Shown here: positions 19,918 to 29,598 of the stretch, piece by piece
Layout: each line of letters opens with the position of its first letter
Position numbering within the stretch: the stretch's first letter is position 1
DNA from: an uncultured Gemmatimonadales bacterium
Lineage (GTDB): Bacteria > Gemmatimonadota > Gemmatimonadetes > Gemmatimonadales > Gemmatimonadaceae
DNA length: 64,000 nt
Reading direction: 5' to 3'
Assembly: GCA_963701965.1 (NCBI GenBank)
Contig: OY969695.1
Coordinates: 2,176,001-2,240,000, forward strand
Notes under the pieces: model-generated
What the model saw: only the letters and a program-made list of their open reading frames with translations
What the model was told of the DNA's origin: nothing
Database searches by the model: none
Position numbers and translations under genes: made by a program

Positions 19918-21090
19918 CTATCGCTTCGCGGTCTCTTTGACGCTGTAGGAATGCGCTCCGGTCCCGGCGAGCTTGCCGGCGTCGACGATCAGGTACTCGT
20001 CACGAATCGGCTTCTTGCCGAACCAGCACTCGAGAATCTCGCGCGTGCCCGCGGCGTACCGCGTTTGGGCCGAGAGCGATGTGCCGGACACGTGTGGCGT
20101 CATGCCGTGGTGCGGCATGGTACGCCAGGGATGATCCTTCGGCGCCGGCTGCGGGTACCACACGTCGCCCGCATATCCCGCGATCCGTCCACTCTCCAGC
20201 GCGCGCACGACCGCGTCGCGGTCGACGATCTTCCCGCGCGCGGTGTTCACGAGATAGGCGCCCCGTTTCATCTTCGCGAACATCGCGTCGTTGAACATCC
20301 CTTCCGTCTCGGGGTGAAGCGGCGCATTGATCGTCACCACGTCACAGACGGGGACCATCGACTGCGCGTCCGGATGGAACGTGAGCCCCAACTCCTGTTC
20401 CACCGCGGGCGGGAGGCGATAGCGATCGGTATAGTGCAGCTTGACGTCGAATGGCTCGAGACGGCGCAGCACAGCGAGCCCGATGCGGCCCGCGGCGACC
20501 GTCCCCACCTCCATCTGCTCCAGATCGTACGAGCGCGCGACGCAGTCCGCGATGTTCCAACCACCCGTGATGACCCACTGGTACGACGGGATGTAGTTCC
20601 GCACCAAGCCCAGGATCATCATCACCACATGTTCGGCCACGCTGATGCTGTTGCAGTACGTCACCTCGGCGACCGTGACCCCGTGCTCGATCGCGGCGTC
20701 GAGATCGACGTGATCGGAGCCGATACCCGCCGTGATCGCCAGCTTCAGTTTTTTCGCCTTCTCCATGCGTTCCGCCGTGAGATACGCGGGCCAGAACGGT
20801 TGCGAGATGACGACCTCGGCGTCGGGTAGCTCGCGATCGAACTTCGAATTGGCGCCCTCTTTATCGGACGTCACGACGAGGGTGTGCCCCTGGGCTTCGA
20901 GGAACTTCCGGAGGCCCAGCTCGCCAGACACCGACCCCAGGAGCGCACCCGGCTTGAAGTCGATCGCCGACGGCGTTGGCGCGGTCTGTCCGCCAGGATA
21001 GCGTTCGATTGTGGGGATGGTATCCCGCGCATACTTCGGCGGATAGCCGTCGATGGGATCGTCGTACAGCACGCAGAGCACTTTCGCCAT
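19918..21090 (-). CDS. fdh: NAD-dependent formate dehydrogenase
   Basis: MAKVLCVLYDDP, LLGSVSGELGLRKFLE, SQPFWPAY, TAGIGSDH, AAGRIG, PHVSGTSLSAQTRYAAG. Confidence 0.97.
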   Translation of the reverse strand: MAKVLCVLYDDPIDGYPPKYARDTIPTIERYPGGQTAPTPSAIDFKPGALLGSVSGELGLRKFLEAQGHTLVVTSDKEGANSKFDRELPDAEVVISQPFWPAYLTAERMEKAKKLKLAITAGIGSDHVDLDAAIEHGVTVAEVTYCNSISVAEHVVMMILGLVRNYIPSYQWVITGGWNIADCVARSYDLEQMEVGTVAAGRIGLAVLRRLEPFDVKLHYTDRYRLPPAVEQELGLTFHPDAQSMVPVCDVVTINAPLHPETEGMFNDAMFAKMKRGAYLVNTARGKIVDRDAVVRALESGRIAGYAGDVWYPQPAPKDHPWRTMPHHGMTPHVSGTSLSAQTRYAAGTREILECWFGKKPIRDEYLIVDAGKLAGTGAHSYSVKETAKR

Positions 21091-21259
21091 TGGAGTCGCC
21101 CCCGTGAGGAAATGCTTCTTGAGTGAGTGAACCGTACGATGTCCACGTGCATAGCCCTTCATCAAATCAGTGCTTTTCATGGCGCCATAATCGCGCTTTA
21201 TCGAGTTTGCGTTAGTTTCATTGAGGCATGACGCCATCCGCCCGTGACGTGGGGCTACG

Positions 21260-22204
21260 GTGCTGATCCGCCATTTCGAGTACCTCGTCGCGCTGTCGCG
21301 CGAACGTCATTTTGCACGCGCCGCGCAGGCGTGCAACGTCTCGCAGCCAGCACTCTCCGCCGGACTCAAGCACCTCGAGGAGTGCTTTGGCGTGCCGATC
21401 GTCGAGCGCGGCTACCGCTTCCGCGGATTCACGCCGGAAGGCGAGCGGATTCTGGCGTGGGCGCGCCATGTGCTTGCCGAGCGCGATGCGCTCTCACAAG
21501 AACTGGGCGTGATGCGCCAGGGACTTGTGGGGACCCTGCGCATCGGCGGCATTCCCGTCACGCTCCCCATCATTTCCCTGCTCACGTCGCCATTTGCGAC
21601 CCACCATCCGCGCGTCCGCATGACCGTCACCTCGCTCACGTCGCGCGAGATCCAGCGGGGTTTGGATGAGTGCTCGTTGGATGTGGGAATCACCTATCTC
21701 GACAACGAGCCACTGACCCACGTGCGCCACGTCTCGCTCTATCGCGAGCGGTACGTGCTGCTCACGCCGCCGGACGGGCCGCTCGCGGGACGCGTCTCGG
21801 TCACGTGGCGCGAAGCGGCGGACTTGAAGCTCTGCCTCCTCAATCACTCGATGCAGAACCGTCGCATCATCGACGCGAACTTCGAGGCGGGGGGCGTGGC
21901 GGCCGACCCGCTCCTCGAGACGAACTCGCTCGTCACACTCCAATCGCACCTGCGCCAGGGCGAGTGGTCGACCGTCCTTCCGCACACGATCACGTACCTC
22001 CTTGGCCAACACCACGGGTTGCTGATGTTGCCGCTCGTCGAACCCTCCGTCACCCACGAGATCGGACTCATCGTACCAGATCGGGATCCGGTCACCCCCG
22101 TCGCGTCCGCCCTCATGGCCGAAATCGGCGCGATCAATGTCGAAAGTGCGGTGCGCAGCGCCTTGCTGCCGGGTGACGAGGCCGTGACGGCCGCGGTGCA
22201 CTGA
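21260..22204 (+). CDS. LysR-family regulator divergent from fdh
   Basis: HFARAAQACNVSQPALSAGLKHLE HTH plus substrate-binding domain. Confidence 0.93.
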   Translation: MLIRHFEYLVALSRERHFARAAQACNVSQPALSAGLKHLEECFGVPIVERGYRFRGFTPEGERILAWARHVLAERDALSQELGVMRQGLVGTLRIGGIPVTLPIISLLTSPFATHHPRVRMTVTSLTSREIQRGLDECSLDVGITYLDNEPLTHVRHVSLYRERYVLLTPPDGPLAGRVSVTWREAADLKLCLLNHSMQNRRIIDANFEAGGVAADPLLETNSLVTLQSHLRQGEWSTVLPHTITYLLGQHHGLLMLPLVEPSVTHEIGLIVPDRDPVTPVASALMAEIGAINVESAVRSALLPGDEAVTAAVH

Positions 22205-22380
22205 CACAACCGGGAGAGAGAGAAGCGAGTGGACGAACGCGCCCGGAAGCATCCTCGATGCAGGAGGCCGAGCACGTGTTCGTGACCGCCTAGAAGCGCG
22301 GCTATGTCGCCGTCTGGACGATCAGCGCCATCGCGCAGCTCCTGGTCTTCTCGGGCCAGGAGCTGCACGCGCACGGCTCG

Positions 22381-22941
22381 TTAGCGGCCGACGATGCGCT
22401 CGACCTCCTTGATCCCGCGGCTCAAGAGCGTCGTGTTGGCGTACACGAAGTCGCCGCCGACGCCCGCCACGATCAAGAACCACTCCGATGGATCTTCGTC
22501 GCCATCGACGCTGCAAAAGAGCGACACGCCAATGCCGGTCTGTACTTGGGTCGGCGGCACGGTCAATTGATTGACTCCGTCCGCCGACAGGTGCGATCCA
22601 TGCCAGTCGGTCTTCTGAAACGTGGTCACGAGGTTGGGACCATCCCACACATCGATCTTCTCGATCCGCACGACGCCATCCAATCCCTGGCTGGGCGCAA
22701 CCAACGGCGCGTTGGCGTCGGTCTGGAACAGCACCGTGATCTTGGCGATCACCGGCGACGCCCCATCGACGGTCTGCGGGGTCGGAATCGGGATGTGACA
22801 GACCCGGAGGTCGTCAAGCGAACTCGTCCCCGCGTTGTACTTGAGCAACGTGCCATATCCACGGTGCCTGATGTACTCGTACTCGCCCGGGTCTTCGACG
22901 ACCAGCGCGTTGCCGTGCGTCCACATCGTGGTCAGTGTCAT
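22381..22941 (-). CDS. Hypothetical protein (DUF6623-like)
   Basis: GGAGG RBS; MWTHGNAL.VE, HIPIPTP, VWDG; family name from recall only. Confidence 0.7.
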   Translation of the reverse strand: MTLTTMWTHGNALVVEDPGEYEYIRHRGYGTLLKYNAGTSSLDDLRVCHIPIPTPQTVDGASPVIAKITVLFQTDANAPLVAPSQGLDGVVRIEKIDVWDGPNLVTTFQKTDWHGSHLSADGVNQLTVPPTQVQTGIGVSLFCSVDGDEDPSEWFLIVAGVGGDFVYANTTLLSRGIKEVERIVGR

Positions 22942-23143
22942 TCGTCAAGCCTCCAGTATTAGTGCGGATACAGCACCTGTCGTCATATGGGTCGAACAAT
23001 GCGGGCCGGGCCGTCGGCTGAACGTCTGCTGACTGTCTCGCGCCCCCGTCGGGCAGGGTCGACCCGGCTCAACCGCGGTCGATTGCGCAATCGGCACGGC
23101 GCGGCATATAGATTCGGCCCCAAATAACCGTTGGAGATCCGCA

Positions 23144-23872
23144 ATGGCCGACTCATCCGCGACGCAGAGGGTCAACAACGTCGTCCTCGTTCACGGCGGA
23201 TTCGTCGACGGCTCGGGTTGGCGGGGCGTCTACGACATCCTGACGCAAAAGGGGTTCAACGTCAGCATCGTCCAGAATCCCACCTTGTCGCTCGCCGGCG
23301 ACGCGGCGGCGGCGAAGCTCGTGATCGACCAGCAGCCCGGTCCAGTCATCCTGGTCGGTCATTCATACGGCGGCGCGGTGATCACGGAGGCTGGGACCAA
23401 TGCGAATGTCGCGGGGCTCGTCTACGTCACAGCCTTCGCGCCCGACAAAGGCGAGTCGGTGAATACCCTGATCGCCAATCCACCGCCCGGCGCGCCAGTG
23501 CCGCCGATCTTGCCCCCGATCAACGGATACCTCTTTCTCGACAACGCCAAATTCGCGGCCGCGTTCGCGGGCGACGTGGATGCCGAAACCGCCCAGTTCA
23601 TGGCCAGGGCACAAGTGCCGTGGGGATTGGATGCGCTTGGTGGCCAGATTACGAATCCCGCCTGGAAGGCCAAGCCGACGTGGTACCTGCTGGTGTCCGA
23701 TGACCACATGATTCCGATCGCGGCCCAGCGCTTCATGTGCGAGCGCGCCGGCGCGACCTCCACGCTAGTGCCGGGCAGTCACGCCATCTACGTCTCGAAC
23801 CCCCGCGCGGTCGCATCGTTGATCGAAACGGCCGCCACTTCGCCGAAACTCGCAGGCGGAGTTGCCTCCTAG
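23144..23872 (+). CDS. Alpha/beta hydrolase (Abhydrolase_6)
   Basis: VLVHGGFVDGSGW, GHSYGG, DHMIP, GSH. Confidence 0.93.
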   Translation: MADSSATQRVNNVVLVHGGFVDGSGWRGVYDILTQKGFNVSIVQNPTLSLAGDAAAAKLVIDQQPGPVILVGHSYGGAVITEAGTNANVAGLVYVTAFAPDKGESVNTLIANPPPGAPVPPILPPINGYLFLDNAKFAAAFAGDVDAETAQFMARAQVPWGLDALGGQITNPAWKAKPTWYLLVSDDHMIPIAAQRFMCERAGATSTLVPGSHAIYVSNPRAVASLIETAATSPKLAGGVAS

Positions 23873-24109
23873 GGCGTGGCGCCGAGCGCTCGGACGATGC
23901 GCCGAAACACCTGCAACCGCGTCGACCGATCGTCAGTCCGCGCGATGAGTTGAGTCTCGAGAGGGATCGCGACGTCCGAGAGCGCGACGGAGCGTGGCCG
24001 GCAGCGCCGCGCGCGCCGTCGTGGGGAGGAGCGCGTTGGCGAACGTCCACGCGCCGGGCGCGGCGGCCATGTGAATGACGCGAGTAGGTCCGGACACGAC
24101 GGCTATGAA

Positions 24110-24862
24110 CTACGTGCTGAGCGGAAACTGAATCTCCAGCACGGCCCCATGATAGAGTTCGCGTTTCGGCCCGGCGAGCGCGTACTGTCGGGCGCCCATC
24201 CAATCGCGAATGCCGTCGTACGCGAGTTCGGCCGCCTGGAAGTCGTCCGCTGCGTAGGCGCACGCGACGACGACGGCCGGCAAATCCCTAACGTGAAGTC
24301 CGTCCCAAGCCGCCTTCCGCCCTTCCGTGAGTTCCACGAATGGCTCGCCGAGCGGGGTACCATCGTTGGCGCACCGATGCCAGACCACGCCACGCAGTGC
24401 CACCCGAGCCTGCGCGGGCAGGCGATCCCACAGTTCCTGCTCCGCGTGCGCGACGTCCTCGTAACCGGCCAAGGCCCCGCCCAGAGAGGCGACACGCATA
24501 GCGGCCCGTTGCTTCACGACGACGGGCACCGGGTCGCTCGACCCCGGGCGGTGCGCCAGCCAGCGCTCGATGCTGTCCAACGACGCGCGCGTGCGCAGCA
24601 TCGTGCGCGTGAGCCGCGCCCGGGCGCGCTCCAGCGTCGCGCGACGGTTCACCTTCGGCAACGCCATCACTTCGGCGAGCGAAAGGCCCAACTCTTTCAA
24701 GCTGACGATCGCCGCCAGGTCCCGGAGTTGCTCGGGGGCATAGCATCGGTACCCGGTGACAGGGTCCGTCCGCACGGGCCGCAGGAGCCCGATTTCATCA
24801 TAGTATCGGAGGGTCTTGGCGGAGACGCCCCCGAGTCGCGCGAACGGCCCGATGCGATACAT
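24110..24862 (-). CDS. MerR-family regulator with C-terminal GyrI-like domain (BmrR-like)
   Basis: IGPFARLGGVSAKTLRYYDEIGLL..TGYRCY; C-terminal PKRELY..EIQFP. Confidence 0.92.
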   Translation of the reverse strand: MYRIGPFARLGGVSAKTLRYYDEIGLLRPVRTDPVTGYRCYAPEQLRDLAAIVSLKELGLSLAEVMALPKVNRRATLERARARLTRTMLRTRASLDSIERWLAHRPGSSDPVPVVVKQRAAMRVASLGGALAGYEDVAHAEQELWDRLPAQARVALRGVVWHRCANDGTPLGEPFVELTEGRKAAWDGLHVRDLPAVVVACAYAADDFQAAELAYDGIRDWMGARQYALAGPKRELYHGAVLEIQFPLST

Positions 24863-24876
24863 CGTGGGCTCCAGTG

Positions 24877-24907
24877 TTGAAGCTTCCCCTGGCTGGAAGC
24901 TTTAATT
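24877..24907 (+). promoter_or_regulatory. MerR-type promoter/operator
   Basis: TTGAAG, 19 bp, TTAATT, with dyad AAGCTTCC-N7-GGAAGCTT at 24880-24902. Confidence 0.8.
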
Positions 24908-24914
24908 GGGCGAC

Positions 24915-25598
24915 ATGACGCATCCTTTGCAAGTCGCCGCGGCCGCGGCCGCCATCACGCTCCTGTTCGTTCCCGCCACGAGAGCGCAATCGGCCGGAAC
25001 GGCGGCCCGCATCGTCCTGTGGCAACCCGATATCGGGCGTGAGCGCGATTTCGAGGAGGGATACAAGCGCCACTTGGAGTGGCACCGATCCAACAATGAT
25101 CACTGGACGTGGCTTGGATGGAATATCATTTCCGGCGACCGTACGGATCAGTTCATGGACGGCACGTTCTTCCACGCTTGGACCGATTTCGACGCGCCGG
25201 TCTCCCCCGGCGGCGACGCAGCGAACAACGCCCTCAACGTCGAACCGTACGCCAGGGTCCGTTCGGTGGGCTCCTATGAGATCGTCCCGTCGCTCACCGC
25301 ACTGACTCCGGACCAAATGACGTCCCCGCTCCTCACCTTGTGCTACGTGTCGGCACACGACGGTGCGGCGTTCGAATCGACGCTCGGCGCGGCACTGAAA
25401 CGGATGACGGCCGCGATGCCCCACGCGGTGCTGCGCCCGATCAACGGCGTCACCGAGTATCTCGTGATCGTCCCCGGCGTGAAGGCGTCCGATGCCCCGG
25501 CGCACGCCGCATTCCTAACGAGTGTGCTCGGAACGACGCCCTGTCAGCGCACCGAGACGGCGCTGCATCGCGCCGACATGAGTTACCTGCCGCGGTAA
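24915..25598 (+). CDS. Secreted hypothetical protein, probable MerR target
   Basis: Signal peptide; FEEGYKRHLEWH, W.W.GW.I.SG.R, GTF.H.W.DFD; ATG 7 bp after the -10. Confidence 0.78.
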   Translation: MTHPLQVAAAAAAITLLFVPATRAQSAGTAARIVLWQPDIGRERDFEEGYKRHLEWHRSNNDHWTWLGWNIISGDRTDQFMDGTFFHAWTDFDAPVSPGGDAANNALNVEPYARVRSVGSYEIVPSLTALTPDQMTSPLLTLCYVSAHDGAAFESTLGAALKRMTAAMPHAVLRPINGVTEYLVIVPGVKASDAPAHAAFLTSVLGTTPCQRTETALHRADMSYLPR

Positions 25599-25665
25599 AT
25601 GGTCGTGGCGGTCGACAGCTAGTTGGATCTAGCCGATCGGGCTCCGGCGCCATAGTAACGGGGTC

Positions 25666-26616
25666 GTGAAAAGATCACTTGCTCGCCGCTTCACCGGATG
25701 CCTCGCGACCGCGTTCGTGCTGGCCTGCACGCACACGGCGCCGTCGACACGGCCCGTGGCTACTGTGGCTACTGTGGCTACTATAGATATCGAAGATGTC
25801 GATCGCTTTTATGGGATCTACGACTCCGCCGGCGGCCATCCGACCGCCGACCAGCTCCAGCACGACTACATCGATGTCGGCTCCGACGGTCTGCACGCGT
25901 TTGCCAAAGCCCGAAACATTTCGGGAATCAGAATCGCCGCCACGCTGGAGCAGCACCCGGAGATCTATTCCGGGGCCAAGAGTTGCTTGGCCGTGCTCCC
26001 GCGGGTGCGCGAGCGCGTCCAGGTGGCGCTCCGGAACCTGGGCCAGATCTACCCCGAGGCACGCTTCCCTCCGGTGACGATTGCCGTCGGCCGCGGCCGG
26101 CCAGTCGCCATCGGGAGCCCGAACACTGGACTCCAGATTGGCCTCGAGGCCTTGTGCGCGACCGATTGGCTCAATTCCAACGTCGAGGACCGCTTCGTCC
26201 ACGTCATCGCGCACGAATATGTGCACGTCCAGCAGGCGCAGGTCTCTCGTCGACGTCGAGCATCCCACCGTGCTGCAGTTGGCGTTGGCCGAAGGCGCGG
26301 CCGAATTCATCGGCGAGCAGATCTCCGGCGACGTCGCGTACGCGCTCTTCCGAACATCGACCAAGGGCCACGAACAGGAAATCGAGACGGCGTTCGTCGC
26401 CGACGAGGATAAGACCGATCTGTCCAACTGGTTCCAGAACAGCACCCGGGAAAAACCCGGCGACCTTGGCTACTGGGTGGGATATCGCATCGTGAAATCT
26501 TTCTATCAACGCTCGAGCAGCAAACGCGAGGCCGTTCGCACGATCCTGCAGATGACGGACGCCGAGTCGCTCCTGGCCAAGCAGTGGCTGGTCATCCCGG
26601 CATGGCGCTCCGATAG
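25666..26616 (+). CDS. DUF2268-like putative Zn-dependent protease lipoprotein, frameshifted
   Basis: VLAC lipobox; HEYVH; after a shift near 26243 EGAAEF and DLGYWVGYRIVKS; further indels near 26582-26592. Confidence 0.8.
25756..25782 (+). repeat. 9-bp tandem repeat x3
   Basis: GTGGCTACT x3 encoding VAT x3, in frame. Confidence 0.9.
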
Positions 26617-26617
26617 C

Positions 26618-28133
26618 ATGTCCTACCGACGCATGCTCCTCGCGATGGCCTCCTGGCTGCCCCTGATGTTCGGCAGCACCGCCAGCGCGCAAATACTGTC
26701 GTGGGGTGTCGACGAATTCCGCGCGCCTCCCGACCCCCATTGGGCGGTGACCACGGCGCGCGACGTGGACGCGGCCTACGCGCTGCTGCGCGACAACCAC
26801 CCGGGCGCCGCACCCGAGGCACACGACCTCGACTTTCAGCGTCGCTTGGCACACGGACACCGCGTGGCCCTGACGCGCGCCCGGACGGTCACGTCGTACC
26901 TGGGCTACATGGCCGTCCTCGCCGGCTTCGCGACCGCAATGGGCGATAAACACATTCTGGAGTCGCCCGACTTTCGTGGTCAACCTCCCGCGCTGGCCGC
27001 AGATTATCGTCAGCCGGCGCGGCAACACCTGGGTCGTGACCGACGCCGATCCGCCGAGCACTGCGCTCCTCGGCGCGGTCTTGGACAGCTGCAATGGTCA
27101 AGGCGTCGAGGCTCTGGCGCGGAAAAATGTGGGCGGGTTTCGCGCCGACTGGGACATCGGGGCGCAGCAAGCCCAGTTCGGCCCATGGCTACTCGTGGAC
27201 GAAGGGAACCCCTTTATCACGCGTCCCACGAGTTGCGTGTTCGACACGAACGGCCAACGCCAAACGATCACGCTCGATTGGGTCCGTATCAAGCGCGATA
27301 AGCTCCTGCCACGCCTGACGAAGGCGGGCGGGGCCGGGCAGGCCGGCTTCGGCATTCGCCAGGTCGGGAGTGGCTACTGGATCGCGCTGCAAGACTTGAT
27401 AAGCGCGCGAGCCGAGGACGTCACGAAAGCCGTCGAGCAACAGAAGGAGATGCTGCGGAGTGCGCCATTCGTCGTGCTCAATGTGCGGGGCAACGGCGGC
27501 GGCTCATCCCTGCTGGGGCGAGAGATCGCGGCCTCATTGTTCGGCGCGCCCTACGTCGAGGCGCGGCTCGGCTCGGTCACGTCGAGCTCATGTGGCGGTC
27601 CCAATGGCGCGTGGCGCGTCAGTCCGGGCAACATCAAGGACCAAGAGTACCTGCTCGGCTCACCGGATTTCATGCGCCTGGGAGGCCCGGAGGTGCGGCA
27701 GGTCCTGGAGACGACGCTGCACAATCTGCGCGATGCGCGCGCGCACGGTCGGGCGTTTTCCGGGCCCACTCACTGCGCGGACGCTGCGCCTCAGTCCACC
27801 GGAACCGCCGCGCCGCCATCCGAGATGAAAGGCCGTCTCGTGTTGGTCACGGACAACCTGTGCTTCAGCTCGTGTCTCTCGGTGACGGACGATTTCCGGC
27901 AACTGGGCGCGTTCCACATCGGGCAGACGACGGACGCCGCGACGCACTATGTGGACGTTCGCGAACAGTACCTGCCCTCCGGCAATTCCCTGTTCTCGAC
28001 GCTCCAATCGCTCGATCCCAGCTCGCCGCTCGAAGTTGGCCCGTTCAAGCCGGCGTTGATGTACGATGGCGACATCGCGGACACCCCGACGCTAGAGAAG
28101 TGGGTCACTGATAGTGCCCTGATCCGCAAATAA
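26618..28133 (+). CDS. Secreted S41-like peptidase, frameshift near 26955
   Basis: Signal peptide; DNHPG, DKHI(W); NVRGNGGGSS; LVTDNLCFSSCL; HIGQTT. Confidence 0.75.
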
Positions 28134-28258
28134 CTCGGCCGTCAAGAGTTTCGTCGCGTCGGTCATGGTGTGATGGGAATCGGTGTCAACAATCTGTCAC
28201 CGCTGCGTGTTGAGGGCGAGGGTGTATGCTCCAGGGTCCACGAACTGGAGAGCCCGCC

Positions 28259-29236
28259 ATGCGCCGGCTTGTCGTAGTCCTCGTTGGGATACTCGCCTGC
28301 AGCGCTCCGACGACCCCGAACGAAGCCCTGACGGGTCTGCGGGTCCGCCCCAGCAACTCGACGATCCTCGTTGGCCAATCGGTGACCTTGAGCGCCGCCA
28401 CGGTCGACGCGTTGGGCGATTCGATTGGCGTCGCCAGCGTGACGTGGAAGTCGGGCGCGCCATCGGTGGTATCGGTCTCGGGCGCCGGCGTGGCGACCGG
28501 CCGCGCCGCCGGCGTGGCAACGGTCATCGCCACCACGACGAAAGGAGCCACAGACTCGGCGACGATCATCGTCAACGCCTCCGGCTGCGCCAACTTGCTG
28601 CGATCGCCGCAGTTGCACGGACAGGTCGACTTCTCGTACCGGTATACCACCACGTTGGACAGCGTCAAGTACGAGATGCATGACGTTACCGCCACGGACT
28701 TCGTCGTCGACTCGAGCGGGGGCGTCGACGCCACCGGCCACCGACTGTGGATGGGACCCGACACTGGCTCAGCGGTCATCGAGGATGTGCGCACCGACCT
28801 TCGGACCGGCCAAGTGAAAAAGATCGACGGCGATGGGGGACTCGTCGTCTCCGGCATCAATCTGTCCCACGTGGTCGTGTCGATCGATACGGCGTCGTGC
28901 GCGTACACGATCGAAGCCGTGCCGTACGTCGATCTCAAGGAGACGCCGCAGCCCGGTGACCTCGGCCCGTCGTGGTTCGGCTGGGTGCGTACGCCGCCGA
29001 CCCCGATCGACACGGCCGTGCCGCGGGACACGAGTGAGTTTCCGCTCGACACCGGCACCGTGGAGGCGACACTGGCCGTGCATTCGGCGAACTGGCTGGG
29101 GGCCAACTACTTCAGCGCCAATGGGTGGTATGTCCCATTGGGCTTCTCGACCGACTACTTCTCCGCCGGCGCGCCGGACGATGGATCGGCCGGCACTGCG
29201 ACCGTCCGATACTTCCTGAGAAAAGGCGGCGAATGA
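28259..29236 (+). CDS. Lipoprotein with Big_2 Ig-like domain
   Basis: GGAG RBS; ILAC lipobox; VTWKSGAPSVVSVSGAGVATGRAAGVATVIA. Confidence 0.85.
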   Translation: MRRLVVVLVGILACSAPTTPNEALTGLRVRPSNSTILVGQSVTLSAATVDALGDSIGVASVTWKSGAPSVVSVSGAGVATGRAAGVATVIATTTKGATDSATIIVNASGCANLLRSPQLHGQVDFSYRYTTTLDSVKYEMHDVTATDFVVDSSGGVDATGHRLWMGPDTGSAVIEDVRTDLRTGQVKKIDGDGGLVVSGINLSHVVVSIDTASCAYTIEAVPYVDLKETPQPGDLGPSWFGWVRTPPTPIDTAVPRDTSEFPLDTGTVEATLAVHSANWLGANYFSANGWYVPLGFSTDYFSAGAPDDGSAGTATVRYFLRKGGE

Positions 29237-29242
29237 CGCACC

Positions 29243-29365
29243 TCAGCGCGGCGGCTCAGCAAGCGCAGCGATGATCCCCTCAGGACCACGGACGTAACAC
29301 AGCCGATAGCTGTTCTCGTACTGCGCCACCTCGCCCACGAGCGTGGCGCCGTGGCCATGTCCATT
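29243..29365 (-). pseudogene. C-terminal remnant of a VOC/glyoxalase protein
   Basis: HGATLVGEVAQYENSYRLCYVRGPEGIIAALAE is a typical VOC C-terminus; no N-terminus. Confidence 0.75.
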
Positions 29366-29598
29366 CGTCGGATCGTCAAGTCGCCTCGATCTGCATTCTA
29401 GAGGCCAAACGGACTGTGAAGTCGGCGAGTTCGCGTGTATCCCGTCACTCGGCACGCATCGTGCTTTGTTACGCGAAGTAGCGTGTCGGCCCGCCCTTTG
29501 CGGCCGCACCAGAGCCGACCCCTGATGGCTCGAACCGACGCGTCCCGGACCCGTGACGCGTGCAGCGAAAACCAAAGCATGAGATGAGGAGGACGCGC

